A program made the position numbers and the translations under genes. The notes beneath the pieces are model-generated. The model was not told where the DNA came from. It did not search any database and saw only the letters and a program-made list of their open reading frames with translations. DNA of 64,000 nucleotides from Hypanus sabinus (lineage: Eukaryota): assembly GCF_030144855.1 (NCBI RefSeq), contig NC_082711.1:166780001-166844000 (forward strand), read 5' to 3'. Shown one piece after another: positions 13,050-25,337 of the stretch (its first letter is position 1; each line of letters opens with the position of its first letter).

Positions 13050-13200
13050 GCAACTCTACTAACTGTGCTGCAATTGTACAGCAAGATCCCACAAATAACA
13101 TTGAGGTGAATGACCTGACAGCTTGTTGCAGTGATGTTGTTCCAATGGTAAATGTTGGTTAATTGGCAGCAGCAGAATGCTTTCAAGGTGTTTGTATTAT
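13050..13200 (-). mobile_element. Old Deu-type SINE fragment
   Basis: cagcaagatcccacaaa...aatgacc...gtgatgttg resembles the antisense of the Deu/AmnSINE-type body; recognised from memory only. Confidence 0.35.
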
Positions 13201-13718
13201 AGTAACAAACAATTCACTATTGTTGCTTTTGTCTATTATGATACCTCTAATAGGCAATAATAGACTTGGTTTCCTTCAGGAAAGTTGACTGTACTTTGGT
13301 AATTGCCAATGAATGAAGCAGAGGCCTGCATTAAGTGCAACAAGTCAAAAAAACATATTTAATGGTGCTGGAAATGTAAGGTTTTGCACTTTGCAATAAC
13401 TGACGTTTTAATTTGAAAATGTGAGGAGAGATGTGAGCGTGTGGCTTGCCCTGGCTGCACTAATGCCTGGTTTCACATCTGTGGTCTCACAGTGTTTACT
13501 TAGCTCTGCTCTGAACTGCGGCTGTGGCCTGCTCCAGCTGCAGTGATGCCTGGCTTTGTGTCTTTGTAAAACTTCAGTTCTGAATGCTACTTTTACTTTT
13601 AGCATGATTTGTTTTTCTTTCTTTCCGCACATTGGATGTTTGCCGGTCTTTTTTTTAAAAGGTGGGTTCTTTTGGGGTTTCTTTGTTTTGTGGCTGGATG
13701 TGAAGAGACTAATCTCAA

Positions 13719-14343
13719 NNNNNNNNNNNNNNNNNNNNNNNNNNNNNNNNNNNNNNNNNNNNNNNNNNNNNNNNNNNNNNNNNNNNNNNNNNNNNNNNNN
13801 NNNNNNNNNNNNNNNNNNNNNNNNNNNNNNNNNNNNNNNNNNNNNNNNNNNNNNNNNNNNNNNNNNNNNNNNNNNNNNNNNNNNNNNNNNNNNNNNNNNN
13901 NNNNNNNNNNNNNNNNNNNNNNNNNNNNNNNNNNNNNNNNNNNNNNNNNNNNNNNNNNNNNNNNNNNNNNNNNNNNNNNNNNNNNNNNNNNNNNNNNNNN
14001 NNNNNNNNNNNNNNNNNNNNNNNNNNNNNNNNNNNNNNNNNNNNNNNNNNNNNNNNNNNNNNNNNNNNNNNNNNNNNNNNNNNNNNNNNNNNNNNNNNNN
14101 NNNNNNNNNNNNNNNNNNNNNNNNNNNNNNNNNNNNNNNNNNNNNNNNNNNNNNNNNNNNNNNNNNNNNNNNNNNNNNNNNNNNNNNNNNNNNNNNNNNN
14201 NNNNNNNNNNNNNNNNNNNNNNNNNNNNNNNNNNNNNNNNNNNNNNNNNNNNNNNNNNNNNNNNNNNNNNNNNNNNNNNNNNNNNNNNNNNNNNNNNNNN
14301 NNNNNNNNNNNNNNNNNNNNNNNNNNNNNNNNNNNNNNNNNNN
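13719..14343. other. Assembly gap (625 N)
   Basis: Run of N. Confidence 1.
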
Positions 14344-14349
14344 TGATGG

Positions 14350-14790
14350 TTCCTTTCAGTCAGTTAGTGGGGTTTAGAATACCTCACTCCTTAAAAAGGA
14401 ACAACGTGTGCATGAATGATTTTAGGTGAGTGGGGGGTTGCACAGGTCCAGATCCATCCTCTCGACATCCCTTCCCAGATCCAACGGCATGGTGCGGTCC
14501 AAGACGGCTGGGGGAAGTTCTTTTGCAGTGAATGGCCAGCCCAAGCTTCGATGCAAGGGATGCCCTTTCATCTGTGCTTCACGGCATGTGTTTGCTAGAT
14601 GACTGTTGACCCTATGAGAGGGTTCATATGCCCTTTGACGGGTCTTGTTTTTCATCCTGCAGGGTGTCTAGTCTCCCTCCTCACCAGGCAAGCCTGGTGG
14701 GGGAGCCGGTTTAGTCGCCAACCATGCGACAGGTAGTACTGGGTTACATGGTACCAGTAGCACTCATATGAATAACCTGACCTGAATGTA
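14350..14790 (-). mobile_element. RTE-type LINE 5' region fragment
   Basis: Minus strand cctggtgaggagggagactagacaccctgcaggatgaaaaacaagacccg; interrupts a (ttgaac)-tailed element. Confidence 0.45.
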
Positions 14791-14874
14791 TACATACTTT
14801 GACAATAAGTGTACTTTGAACTTGTGGTGTCTTCTGAAGTATATTTAATATGTTGTCAAATTTCTGAATTGCAG

Positions 14875-14968
14875 AAGGGACTCAGCAAAGTGAAGGAGAC
14901 AATTACACTTCCAGCAAGTGTAGCGAGTCTAACCAGACTGGCCATGGAACAGACAAAGCTTCCTGCAG
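14875..14968 (+). CDS. EXO5: EXO5 coding exon 2 (predicted, low-complexity)
   Basis: Acceptor tttctgaattgcag|AAGGG. 94 nt, open, phase 1 in and phase 2 out, exactly bridging exon 1 to exon 3. Donor AG|GTTACT is weak. Confidence 0.55.
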
Positions 14969-16359
14969 GTTACTTCAAGTATTGAATTTAACTGATTTAC
15001 TAACCTAGGTGTTCCAGAGCAAGATTGAAAAGCAGTGCTTACTACTGAATTTGAGAAAACCTGCTGACAAAGAAGTAGTTTAAAAATTAAATATTAGCTT
15101 TATTTGAAGTTACTGACACGATGAAGGAAGCTATGAACACCGCCAGAAATGGAGGACCTTCATTATTTCCCTAAATGCCAGCAGTGTAAAGGGCAAAAGA
15201 GAGGTTTATTTGTCCCATGTACATTGAAACATCAAAACCTACTGTGAAGTATGTTGTTTACATCAAATTAGCGAGAATTGTGCCCACAAATGTCACTACA
15301 CTTCTGGCACCAACATCACATGCCCACAATTCAGTAACCCAAACTGTGGGCATCGTATTGTGAATTTCCTCTTTTTCATTGTGAATTGCTGTCTGGCATG
15401 ACCTGAAATAACCTACAGTACTCCCTGAAAAATTCCCAGACCCACCAAATAAAAAAATGAGGGCAGGTAAAGATTGGGGTATAAATCTGGATTAAACTGA
15501 AATTTGAAATATCATAAGCTCTAAAAAGTATTATTTTAAAATTGGACTCTATCTCCCCACTCCTAATCTGCACATAAAATTAGCTTATCAGGGCCAGAGA
15601 TGTGCTACACCAATAATTAGTCTTAAATACTTAATTAAAACTCAAGTTATACACCATTCTACACAATTTTACAGCAAGAATAGTGTGTCTTCACAGCAAT
15701 AATTCTATGCTGATTGCTTTGGGAAAAACTGCACTCTGTGCAGGAGAAAGAAATCACTGACTTAAGAAGAAAGTAAACTGTTGAAAGAACTCAGCAGGTC
15801 AGGAAGCATCTTCCAGCAATATGTTTTTTTGCTCCAGATCGCAGCGCGTGCAGTCTCTTGTGTGTGTGTAGGAAACACTAACAGATCCATATGGACGTCT
15901 GCATTTTAACAGTTCATGGGCCTAATCCATAGTTATGCTGTCATTGTATCTGCAAATGTACAGTCATTATCTTGGCCAATTCTTGCAGCGTGTTTTGCTA
16001 ACCAGCAATTCAGCTTAGATTTGGCGTTCAAGTGGCATATTTGTTGTTTAACTGACTCAATATCTCATCATTCTGCTCTTCGAGTGTTTAAGTTCGCTTA
16101 GCATCATGACTGCCAGTTGCCCTCTTTGTGAAATTATTTCTTATGGGTGAATTTAGTCTTATGGTGACAAATGGAAGGGCATTTTCTTTCAATGTAATCA
16201 ATTTAATATAAAATCCATTCCCACTAACCGTACATCTAATTTTTTAAGTGGACTACACCTTGTATTTCCTTTTAAAGTAAACTTATTAAATTTAATTTTG
16301 TCAAGGCTCTGCATTGAGAAGTTTTGCCAAAAAAAGTCTTTATTTTTTTTCCCCCACAG

Positions 16360-16607
16360 TGGACATGAGCAATCTTCCATTCAGCTGGCTGTGTCAGGGA
16401 ATGGAAGTGATTCTCAGTGTGAAGGCAGCAGCTTCAAAAGGATCCCACAGGAGCGGTTTGATCGAAAGTACCTGAGTGTCACAGATCTGAGTCAACAGGC
16501 TTGGTGCGAACAGCAGGTGGTCTATGGGATGGAAATGCCGCACGTTCAACGACTACGTGATGAGCATCCAGTTGTGAAAACTGGTAGCAGCATTCATCTG
16601 GCAAGAG
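16360..16607 (+). CDS. EXO5: EXO5 coding exon 3
   Basis: KYLSVTDLSQQAWCEQQVVYG (first Fe-S Cys) and KTGSSIHLAR. Acceptor ttttcccccacag, donor AG|GTACC. Confidence 0.92.
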
Positions 16608-16753
16608 GTACCCTATCAGACTCCAGGGAACAGGCCCTAGTATTGCAATAAAATAAGCTAAAATGCAGAAGTGAAACCACAATTACAAAGGTGGGGCTTT
16701 TCAGATCTCAACTACCAGTAATATCAAATAGTAATTTCCATGGGGGAAATCAG

Positions 16754-17017
16754 ACGGCATGGTAGTGTAGTAGTTAGCACAACTTTTTAATGTATGGGCA
16801 ACCTGGGTTCAATTCCCACTGCTGCTCCTCTTCATGATTGTGTGGGTTTCCTCCAGGTGCTCTGGTTTTCTCCCACTGTCCATAGACATACCAGCTGTTA
16901 GGTTAATTGGTCATTGTAAATTATCCCATGATTAGGCTAGGGTTAAATCAGCAGTTGCTGAGTGGTGCGGCTCGAAGGCCTACTTCGTGCTATATCTCAA
17001 TAAATAAATAAAAATAA
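16754..17017 (+). mobile_element. V-SINE (HE1-like)
   Basis: tRNA-like A/B boxes (tggtagtgtagtag; gggttcaattccc), V-domain, (aata)n tail. Confidence 0.75.
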
Positions 17018-17559
17018 TTTCAGTGCAACTTCTAACAGCCAACTCAGGAGCACCCTCTACTGGAGAAGGGTTGTAAAATAAATTTAGCAATTGGAATGGT
17101 GTTGGGAAACAAAGTATTGCTCTACAATTGAATAATTAAAAGGGAAGCTTTCACTTGCATTACTGAACTAATTGATTACTTTTGACGTTTATAAAAATTC
17201 AAAGTGCAGATTTACAAATTTCATATTTCCATTTTCTAAATTTAGAAAAGTTTGATGTATGATCATTGCAGAAAATAAAAGCTCGATAAAGGAAATAACA
17301 TTATTAGTATGGGTAACATAATATTTGGCTACTTTGTTCAAAGTGCAAAGTAAATTTATTATCAAAATACGTATGTGTCGCCATGTAATACCCCATGATT
17401 CATTTTCTTGTAGGCATTCACAGTAGAACAAAGAAATACAACAATCAGTTTAAAAAAACTACACACAAAGGCTGACAGACAATGTGCAAAAGAAGACAAA
17501 CTGAAATAATCAGAAAACAGGCATAAACAGGTATTTTTGTGAAAGCTATAAGGAGTGGT

Positions 17560-18340
17560 ATGCCAGAAAGGCTGACGGTGGAGTCCTCAGTTTTTAGTTT
17601 ATAAAAATGACACTGATGAATGGACTGAAGATGTGGTTGTTAAATTTGCTGATGACAAGATGACGGTATGGAAAGTAAGTTGTGAAGTTGCCGTAGTGAG
17701 GTATAAATGGATGTTAGGTAGGTTAGATCAATGGACAAATATTTGGCATCATGTTAGAAAATGTAAGATTGTCTATTTCAGCAGGAAGGATAAGGAAATG
17801 TATCTAAATGGTAGGAAATTGCAGAGTTCCTGATGTAGTGGAGTTTGGTTGCCATAGTGCATAATTCACAAAAATTAACTAGTTTTTTTGTGAAAAATTA
17901 GTTACAACAAAGAACTGGTAAACAAGCTGTTGTATATTAGACAAAAGCAACAGGATTATGCTTAAATGAAGCCTCAGTTTGAGTGTACAATAACAGTCCC
18001 CTTATTTAAGGAAGGGTGTTAATTCCCTTGGAGCAGTTGAGAAAAGATTTACTTGACTAATACTGGAAATGGATGAATTATCTTGTAAGGAATAGTTGGA
18101 TGCAGGTGGTTCACATACAATGGGATTTAGAAGAACACGAAATATTTATGATCCCGATGGATGTAGATAGGACGTTTTCTTTGTGTAGAGCAATCTAAAG
18201 CAAGGAATCACAGTTTAAGATGGATATAAAGCCAAACTTGATAAGCAAGGGCATGAAAGTTATCACAGGTAGATGAGAATATGGAGTCGAGGGTATAATT
18301 GGATCAGCATTATATTTTTACATGGAGGACTGGGCTTAAG
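17560..18340 (+). mobile_element. Degenerate CR1 LINE (RT to 3' end)
   Basis: KFADDKM...KCKIVYF; eroded 3' UTR. Confidence 0.65.
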
Positions 18341-18349
18341 GAGCTAAAA

Positions 18350-20812
18350 CAGCCTTCCTCAAACTTCTAGCCCTGGAGGAATTCTTGAAATAATTTTCAG
18401 GTCTCAGGGAACCCTGCATAAAAATTATTATATCTACTACTCACGGCACATTAGCATGATCAGTAAGTTGTAGATATAATAATCCAAAAAAATTGTCAGT
18501 GCTCTTTTGAGTAGAGAATGAATTCTTATCCAACCTTTTCTAGACGAAAAAAAAAGTAGTTAAGCTTAGCTGACCTTTCTTGAAATTAATATCTTTCTTT
18601 CCCTTTCATAAATTTAAAAAACTCATAAGGAAAATATAATAAATTCTGTTAAATAACTGGCTTAAGCCAAAATGGGATTTAATTTTTCTAAAGGTAGGAT
18701 TGGTAGATTTAATTCAAATAAAGGTTGTAAATTGATTTTAACACTTCTTCTTCCTCTTTGAGTTTCTACAGCAGTTGGCATCCACACTGTTGCATTACTG
18801 CCATCTTCGGGATTTACTGTCCCTCATCGTCCATTCACTTGACTGCCTAAAGTTGTCTTTCCAGTCCCGTCGCCCTGAAAAAAAAACAACTATTTCCTCC
18901 CCTGATCACTCTCCCCACATTCCAATAAACCTTTAACACTGTTCTCTACCAGTTCTGTTTTGTGTAATTATTGTAGCATTTGTTGACTTTCCTGTGTAAA
19001 TTTCCTGCATGAAATAAGGATATGCTCTACTGTTTGAGTCTCCCGACATAGATTGCAAAAACACGATTTTAACATGAAAACTTATTGACTATCTTGAATA
19101 GTAAAGTTACTAAAAGCCATAATCAGAAGCAACACAATTGCCAATAATTCCTCCAAGATGGACCTTTTGTTTTGAGATATGAAGATGAAATATTAAATAT
19201 ATCTTGGCCTTTGCTTGATTTGGGCAGTTCTGTGTAACAGAAAAAGTTTTCTTGAATTTCACCATCATTTACAAATCTTAAAACTGTTACAACACCACAC
19301 TTATTGGTGAAATCTGTTGATTCATCAACCTTGATAGAGAAGCTGTTGTTTTTCAGTTTACCACACAAAACCTCTTCAGCATTAAATGATGTGCCGTCAA
19401 TACATCGACATATCATACTGTTTGAGAGTGAAACCTTTTAAATTTCTTGTGCTTCATCTTGTCCTAGCATTTTAGCTACTATCATTTTACATGCTGGCAT
19501 TATTAGGTTCTCACCAACTGTGTGACATTTCCTTTTCAGGGTAATAAGTTCTGTTACTAAATAACTGCTTCCTGAGTCTCTTTTTCTGACAATGACTTTA
19601 TTAACAAAAACTTCACTCTGTTTTGAGATTCCAATAGCCATTTAAAATATTCAGCTCTGTTGTGTGCTGTATGGCTGTGATTTGTAGTTAAATGTCTTTG
19701 CTGGAGCCATTGCTGCATCTGTAAGTTGTTTGCTACAGACTGCGCACAATGTAACAGGACAGCTTGGATCCCCAGTCTATGTAAAACCCATAAGTCACTT
19801 TCCTTGTAAAGATGGACTTTTTTTGTGTCCGTTGTTGCACTAGTGCAGTGAAAGGACTTGGACGATTGTACTGTCAGACATGTCTGTAAAACATGGGGGG
19901 TTAATAAAATTTAAAATAGTATGGCATAATAAATAACTAAATGAGAAAATTGCAAAAATACTAAAACCTAACACAATTCACTTCTAACCTACATAATCCA
20001 CCTTTGCAGCATTTACAACAGCAAAGCAGCAGACCAGCAGCTGAATTGCGGCGTGTAAAAGTTCATTCTACAATGAAACTTTCTCTCCAATTTTCTACTA
20101 CAGCAGTTGAGTTTGTTCATTCCCATAAGTCAGTTGGTGATGCATAAAGGCCAATTTATACTTCTGCATCGAATCTACGCCGAAGCTGTAGGGTGATGTG
20201 CACCTCCCTGAAAAAGTAACTCTTGCATTGCGGCGATGCAAACTGCAACAACTGTGATTGGTCGGCTTGGTAGCATCGCATTTCCTCCTACGCATTTCCG
20301 GTTGCTTCTTCTCTGCCATGTCAGTACACAGATGCGAAATAGATGAACCAAACCATCAAATCTACCTGCTGACATGCGAAAATTTTTGAAATGCATTTCC
20401 TCGTCCATGTTTCTCATGAAGAAACTCAACACAGTGGCATAGAAACCCCACCGATGGCATAAGCTACGGTGTAGCCCATATGCAGAACTATAAATCAGCC
20501 TTAAGAATAAGTTGGGGGAGGTATTTTGGCAAGAAGAGGCTGACGTCACATCTGAAGTTGGGTGAATCCATTTGTTGCTCAGAAAACGCACTTCATGCTC
20601 CTCATCAGCCTACCGTCCTCCCTGCCATGGACTCAAGCAAATAAACACAGTCGGACTGCACACTGCCATACGGGGCTGAGAGACCTCAACGAGAATGCTG
20701 TCCACTGTGACGGCTAGCATCATGTGAAGTTCAATAAATTATTTTTTTTAAAATTACTCTCTCTTGCAGAACCCCTAGTGACCGCTCATGGAACCCCGTG
20801 TAAGAAACCCTG
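18350..20812 (-). mobile_element. hAT (Buster/Charlie-type) DNA transposon relic
   Basis: Broken transposase ORFs 19123-19641 (CHTVGENLIMPAC, FSIKVDESTD, QENFFC). Ends CAGCCTTCCTCAAAC / GTAAGAAACCCTG. 8-bp flanks agcTAaaa / ggcTAaag fit the Buster nnnTAnnn TSD. Confidence 0.75.
20148..20501 (-). mobile_element. PIF/Harbinger deletion derivative nested in the hAT element
   Basis: ~38-bp imperfect TIRs (AGGCCAATTTATACTTCTGCAT... / ...ATGCAGAACTATAAATCAGCCT), TAA TSD on both sides, internal remnant DEEMHFKNFRMSAGRFDGLVHL. Confidence 0.8.
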
Positions 20813-21256
20813 GGCTAAAGCTTTGCATGCTTGTGTAGTTGTCGTTAGCTTGATAATTGATTGTGTAATATAGTGCAGCTAAATCTAACCATTTTCCTAT
20901 AGGATCCCTGCCTGGTATATTTCCTAAGATTGCTTAATCCATATCAAAAGCTGTACAATTTATGTCTGAATAAATTAACTGCTGCTGAGGAATATGCATG
21001 GTTGCTGTTGAGAGATGACTGTGATTAAACTGACAGTCCCAACAATAACTTAAAATGTGGCATCTCTTTATTGTTAAATGGGGCATGGTAATTCTACCTT
21101 AAAGTAAATCCTTTTCATAAATCTAATGACAGGCTTAAAGCTGCCCATTTACTTTTTCTCAGCCTAGTTCACAGAGGTGTCACATTACACTATACTGAAT
21201 GAAATTGAAGGAATTGTGCTTATAAAAATATATAATTTCTGTCTGTTTTGCTTTAG

Positions 21257-21361
21257 AATTGGAGATCCAGGACATTGTCCCAATCAATATACAGTGCCAA
21301 GAAGATAGTTGGGGTGTTAAACTTCTTAATTTTCTCTCAATGATCCAGTTCTTGCAGACAG
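21257..21361 (+). CDS. EXO5: EXO5 coding exon 4
   Basis: ELEIQDIVPINIQCQEDSWGVKLLNFLSMIQFLQT. Acceptor gttttgctttag, donor AG|GTATGT; 105 nt, phase 1/1. Confidence 0.9.
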
Positions 21362-21559
21362 GTATGTACAAATATATCAGTAGGTTGTTACATAAAAGGT
21401 AGAGAGCTTGAAATTAAAAAAAAACTGCTAAATGCATTTTTTTCTTATCAAAGCACCTTTAGCTTGGATGTTTGGTTTGTAGCTTTTTTTTCGCTGTCAC
21501 TTTTTTTCTTATGGATGAAAATTGATTTCCATTTTAAATATTGCTTTACTGGTTGGTTC

Positions 21560-21945
21560 CTTCAGCCACCTAGAGGACTACAACCTTGTTGTGGTCTGGA
21601 GGCGTACGTGCTTCAATGACACAGAGAGCTTTGTTGGCTGGAGCCAGGGCCTTATGCTTTGGCTCTTGGTAAGATCACGCATGCTAAATTGGTCAAATGT
21701 AGAAGTCAGACTAAGAGTGTGGTCCACTAAGAGTTTGGGGGTTCAATTCAGGGCTAAACACCCTGACTGGTAAAACAAAACTGTTACAGAAACAACAATG
21801 AAGAATCCTCTACATCTGAGTAAGACTCCACCTGGGACTTGCATGACTGACAGTAGTGAAAACCCAGAGGGAGCTACTGACATGATGAAGGAAGTCCTGA
21901 ACACCACCAGAGATGGAGGACCTTCTTTGTTCCCCTAAAATAATA
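21560..21945 (+). mobile_element. RTE-derived non-autonomous element / 5' fragment
   Basis: ctaaacaccctgactggtaaaacaaaactgttacagaaac; its 3' part is repeated at ~15110-15180. Confidence 0.45.
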
Positions 21946-22128
21946 AAACAATCTTTGAACAGGATGTGGGTGGCCTGTTTGTGGGCAAAATGCTCCACCT
22001 ATAATCTCTTCTGATTATTGACAAATTCTAGCTGTAAGCCAGTTGGTTTGGGCAGTAAGTCATGTTGGACTCAAAATCTTTAGCAGATAACCTTATAATT
22101 CAAAGTAATTTGGTTGTGTGTTGTACAG

Positions 22129-22301
22129 GAGAGCGTGTCCGAGAGTTGCCTGTGTTTGGAGAAGTGGAGGGGATTTTCCTGGTTGGTGTGATTGATGAGT
22201 TGTGCTATAATTCCAGTGGTGAACTGGAACTCCGTGAACTGAAAACTCGTGGTCAACCAACATTACCCCATGCAGCCCAAAGGAAGAGCCATCACTTACA
22301 A
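22129..22301 (+). CDS. EXO5: EXO5 coding exon 5 (PD-(D/E)XK catalytic core)
   Basis: [32 protein letters not shown]. Acceptor gtgtgttgtacag, donor CAA|GTGAGT. Confidence 0.93.
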
Positions 22302-22508
22302 GTGAGTGAGTAGGACAAGAATCATTTGAAATGTAGGAATTTCACACTAACTTCTAATTAGATTATTGCCATCCATTATTTTGATATTGGCCTAATAATT
22401 CAAACAAAGATGCTTGGTCATCCCAGATTTCATTGGGCAGACACATTCAGTTGCATGGGTAAAATGCATATCATAAGTTAGATTTTATACTCTTCTGTAG
22501 CAGAATCA

Positions 22509-22734
22509 GCTTAGCCGGCTGGTGGCGTAATGGCATCAGCGCCATACTTCGGAGTGAAGGCTCACGAGTTCGAATCCAGTGGGCTCCCTTGCACACTTTG
22601 CATCCGTGCTGGGTTGAGCGTCGAGCTAGCAACTTGGCTTTGTAAAACAAAACAAGAAAGCCTGCTAAAAAATGCTGTCACTACAGCGTCCCGATGACTC
22701 CACTCAGAGTTAAGGGCTTTCTCCTTCTTCTTCA
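22509..22734 (+). mobile_element. Full-length tRNA-derived SINE with (TTC)n tail
   Basis: A box TGGCGTAATGG, B box GAGTTCGAATCC; 11-bp TSD TAGCAGAATCA at 22498-22508 and 22735-22745. Confidence 0.8.
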
Positions 22735-23409
22735 TAGCAGAATCAAACCTATGCTTAATAACGTGGAGCCTTTCTGTTTCAGAGTAAATCCAAAGTGCAT
22801 TCTGTAGGATTTTCATAGACCTTTCTAGACGGCTTATTTAACAGTACAATCTCCTTTGGGTTGGAAGGGTTTGGCTTCCAGCCATCAATTAGGTCTTAAA
22901 CATGCAAATCCAGTACAGTAACATGATATATTTCACTGCTGAAGTATCATCTTTCAAATGTTAAACTGAGGAACCTCAGAATATCTTAAAAAGAAAAACA
23001 ATTTTCTTTTATGTTTATGTCAGTCTTTAGCTTACCCTTCAATGGGTAATGTGTTGGGTGATTCCTAATATATTCTCAAAAATTTCCCAATACTGAGAGT
23101 GACTTAATTTCCCATCACATCTAGATATATTCCCCAGTCAACAAATAGAATGAACTTCCTGTTAACTGTTTATTTATAAATGATCTTGTGCCTCTCACAT
23201 GATATTTTCAAAGGTGGCAAGCAATCATCCTGCACCACATTTCTAGGTTTATTAAGAGAATGTGTAAGTCATAAACAAATTATTCTTCATCAATCAAAGT
23301 ATTGTGGAGAATTTTTATTTAATCCTTTGTAGGGCGTATAATACATATGAATGGTTGATACCTGAGGCAATTTATAGACTAGGTGTACCCAATTCCATTA
23401 AATCTTATA

Positions 23410-24329
23410 CAGTCGGCCCTCCTTATCCGCGGATTCCGCATGCGCGAATTCAGCCAACCGCGAATCACGAAAACCCAGAAGTGCTCTTCCAGCNNNNNNN
23501 NNNNNNNNNNNNNNNNNNNNNNNNNNNNNNNNNNNNNNNNNNNNNNNNNNNNNNNNNNNNNNNNNNNNNNNNNNNNNNNNNNNNNNNNNNNNNNNNNNNN
23601 NNNNNNNNNNNNNNNNNNNNNNNNNNNNNNNNNNNNNNNNNNNNNNNNNNNNNNNCGGGGATAAAAAAAAATCGGAAGTTCTCTTACTAAGTAAGTCGGA
23701 ACAGGTACATCCGGTATTATTTAGCGTCTGTTAGTCAAACGTTTGTCTTAGTATATAGTATATATTTTACCTTTCTATGCATATAAAACACTTAAGAACA
23801 TATGTTTCAGCGCCGGGTTAAGGAAGTTCCCGAACTCGATCTAGTGACAGACCGCTATCGAGTGCGCTCTCCACCATGCCAGCTTGATGTGGAGGATCAA
23901 ACACCCAAAATCCCAAAAATTAAACAACTGCGTTGCTTAGTAATAATTGTAGCTTTATCAGGGTAGAGCCTTTCTCACTTTATCCTTTAAAATTGTTCCG
24001 ATCATTGACCGACTGTAGCCTAATGCTTTTCCAATGACTGATGGCATTTCACCTCTTTCCGATCGCTTTATTATTTCTGCTTTATTATTTCCACTTTATT
24101 TTCAGTCGTGATCGTGATTATTTTCGTGAACAGAAACACTGCGCATTCAGAGCTCTGGCGGGTCCTAATGTCCATGGCACTGAGACAAGTTAAATGAGGT
24201 CTGGGGTTCCACTGGGTCGTAAGGTCCACTGAATTAAGACAGGTTGAATAAGGGACTTGAGCATCCGCGAACTTTGGTATCCACGAGGGGTCCTGGAACA
24301 TATCCCCCGCGGATAAGGAGGGCCGACTG
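23410..24329. mobile_element. Tc1/mariner Tigger-type MITE spanning an assembly gap
   Basis: Perfect 23-bp TIRs CAGTCGGCCCTCCTTATCCGCGG; TA TSD on both sides. Confidence 0.88.
23494..23655. other. Assembly gap (162 N)
   Basis: Run of N. Confidence 1.
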
Positions 24330-25337
24330 TACTTCTTTCCTGCACAAGAGTTAGTTAATCTACCATATCATTCTGAGAAAACTCAAATCATCTTAATCAA
24401 AAGAAGAACACACAGGTTTGCAGATTATTATTTGGTTGCAAAAACTTTTTGATTTAATAAAATATTTATTTTCTTGCTCCACTTCCCTTTCCTATCAGAT
24501 TCCATAATTTACAACCACTTCCTGTCTCCACTTATCACCTCAGAGCGTCTGTTACTATTTCCACTCTTCCCTCCACCATCTGCTTAATACCCCTTCTCAC
24601 CTGGATCCACCTAGCACTTGCAAGCTCTTGCTCCACCCCTTCTCCTCGCTTCTTTATATTGACTGTCTGAACTCCATCTTTCAGAAAGAAAACGTTGACT
24701 GTCCATTTCCCTCCACAGATGCTGCCTGTCTTGCTGAGTTTCTCTAACAGTTTGTTTGTTGTTTGCCAAAACGATAAGAATATGTTATCCAATGCTATTT
24801 GCTCTAAATGTATAGGCTTTCAAAACCTGTAGTCATAGAAATGAATGGGGGGGGGGGGGCAGAAAAAACTTTTATTTCAAAATCCTAACACTGGAATAAA
24901 ATGATTATAGGCTTCAAGTGTTGCTTCAATTTTGTCACGCTGATCAACCAATTTCATGCTGATAGTAAGTGGCAAATGTCTGTTGTAGAATACCTGTTGC
25001 ACTTGCCAATGCAACAGTTCTCACACTTTATGTTTAAAACATAAACTTATGTTTTATTTTAATCTATTTAAATGAGTATTTACTTCCTACTACAATTACA
25101 TTATTTATAAATTGCATGCCCCATAGAGTGATTGCCAAAATGTCTTGGCAAGTGATTGGACGACTGTTTGATTAAATCAAAATAATGTTTTTTGTTTATT
25201 TCATGTTTCTTTGCCACAAAACCAATGACTAAATAATAATCCTCAGTATGTGATCTGAATGAAAAGCAGGAGTTGTCTCTGTGGTATGCAGATAGGATAC
25301 CTTTGATGTAGTAAATCTAAATCCTTTTTATCACCAG

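Noticed and set aside
13556-14377. Long ORFs of 273 and 245 aa (also 23304-23690 and 23383-23664)
   Set aside because: Artefacts of translating through N gaps.
22509-22590. tRNA genes (also ~44047-44115 and the V-SINE heads)
   Set aside because: A/B boxes are present but the cloverleaf is incomplete, and they continue into SINE bodies with tails or TSDs.
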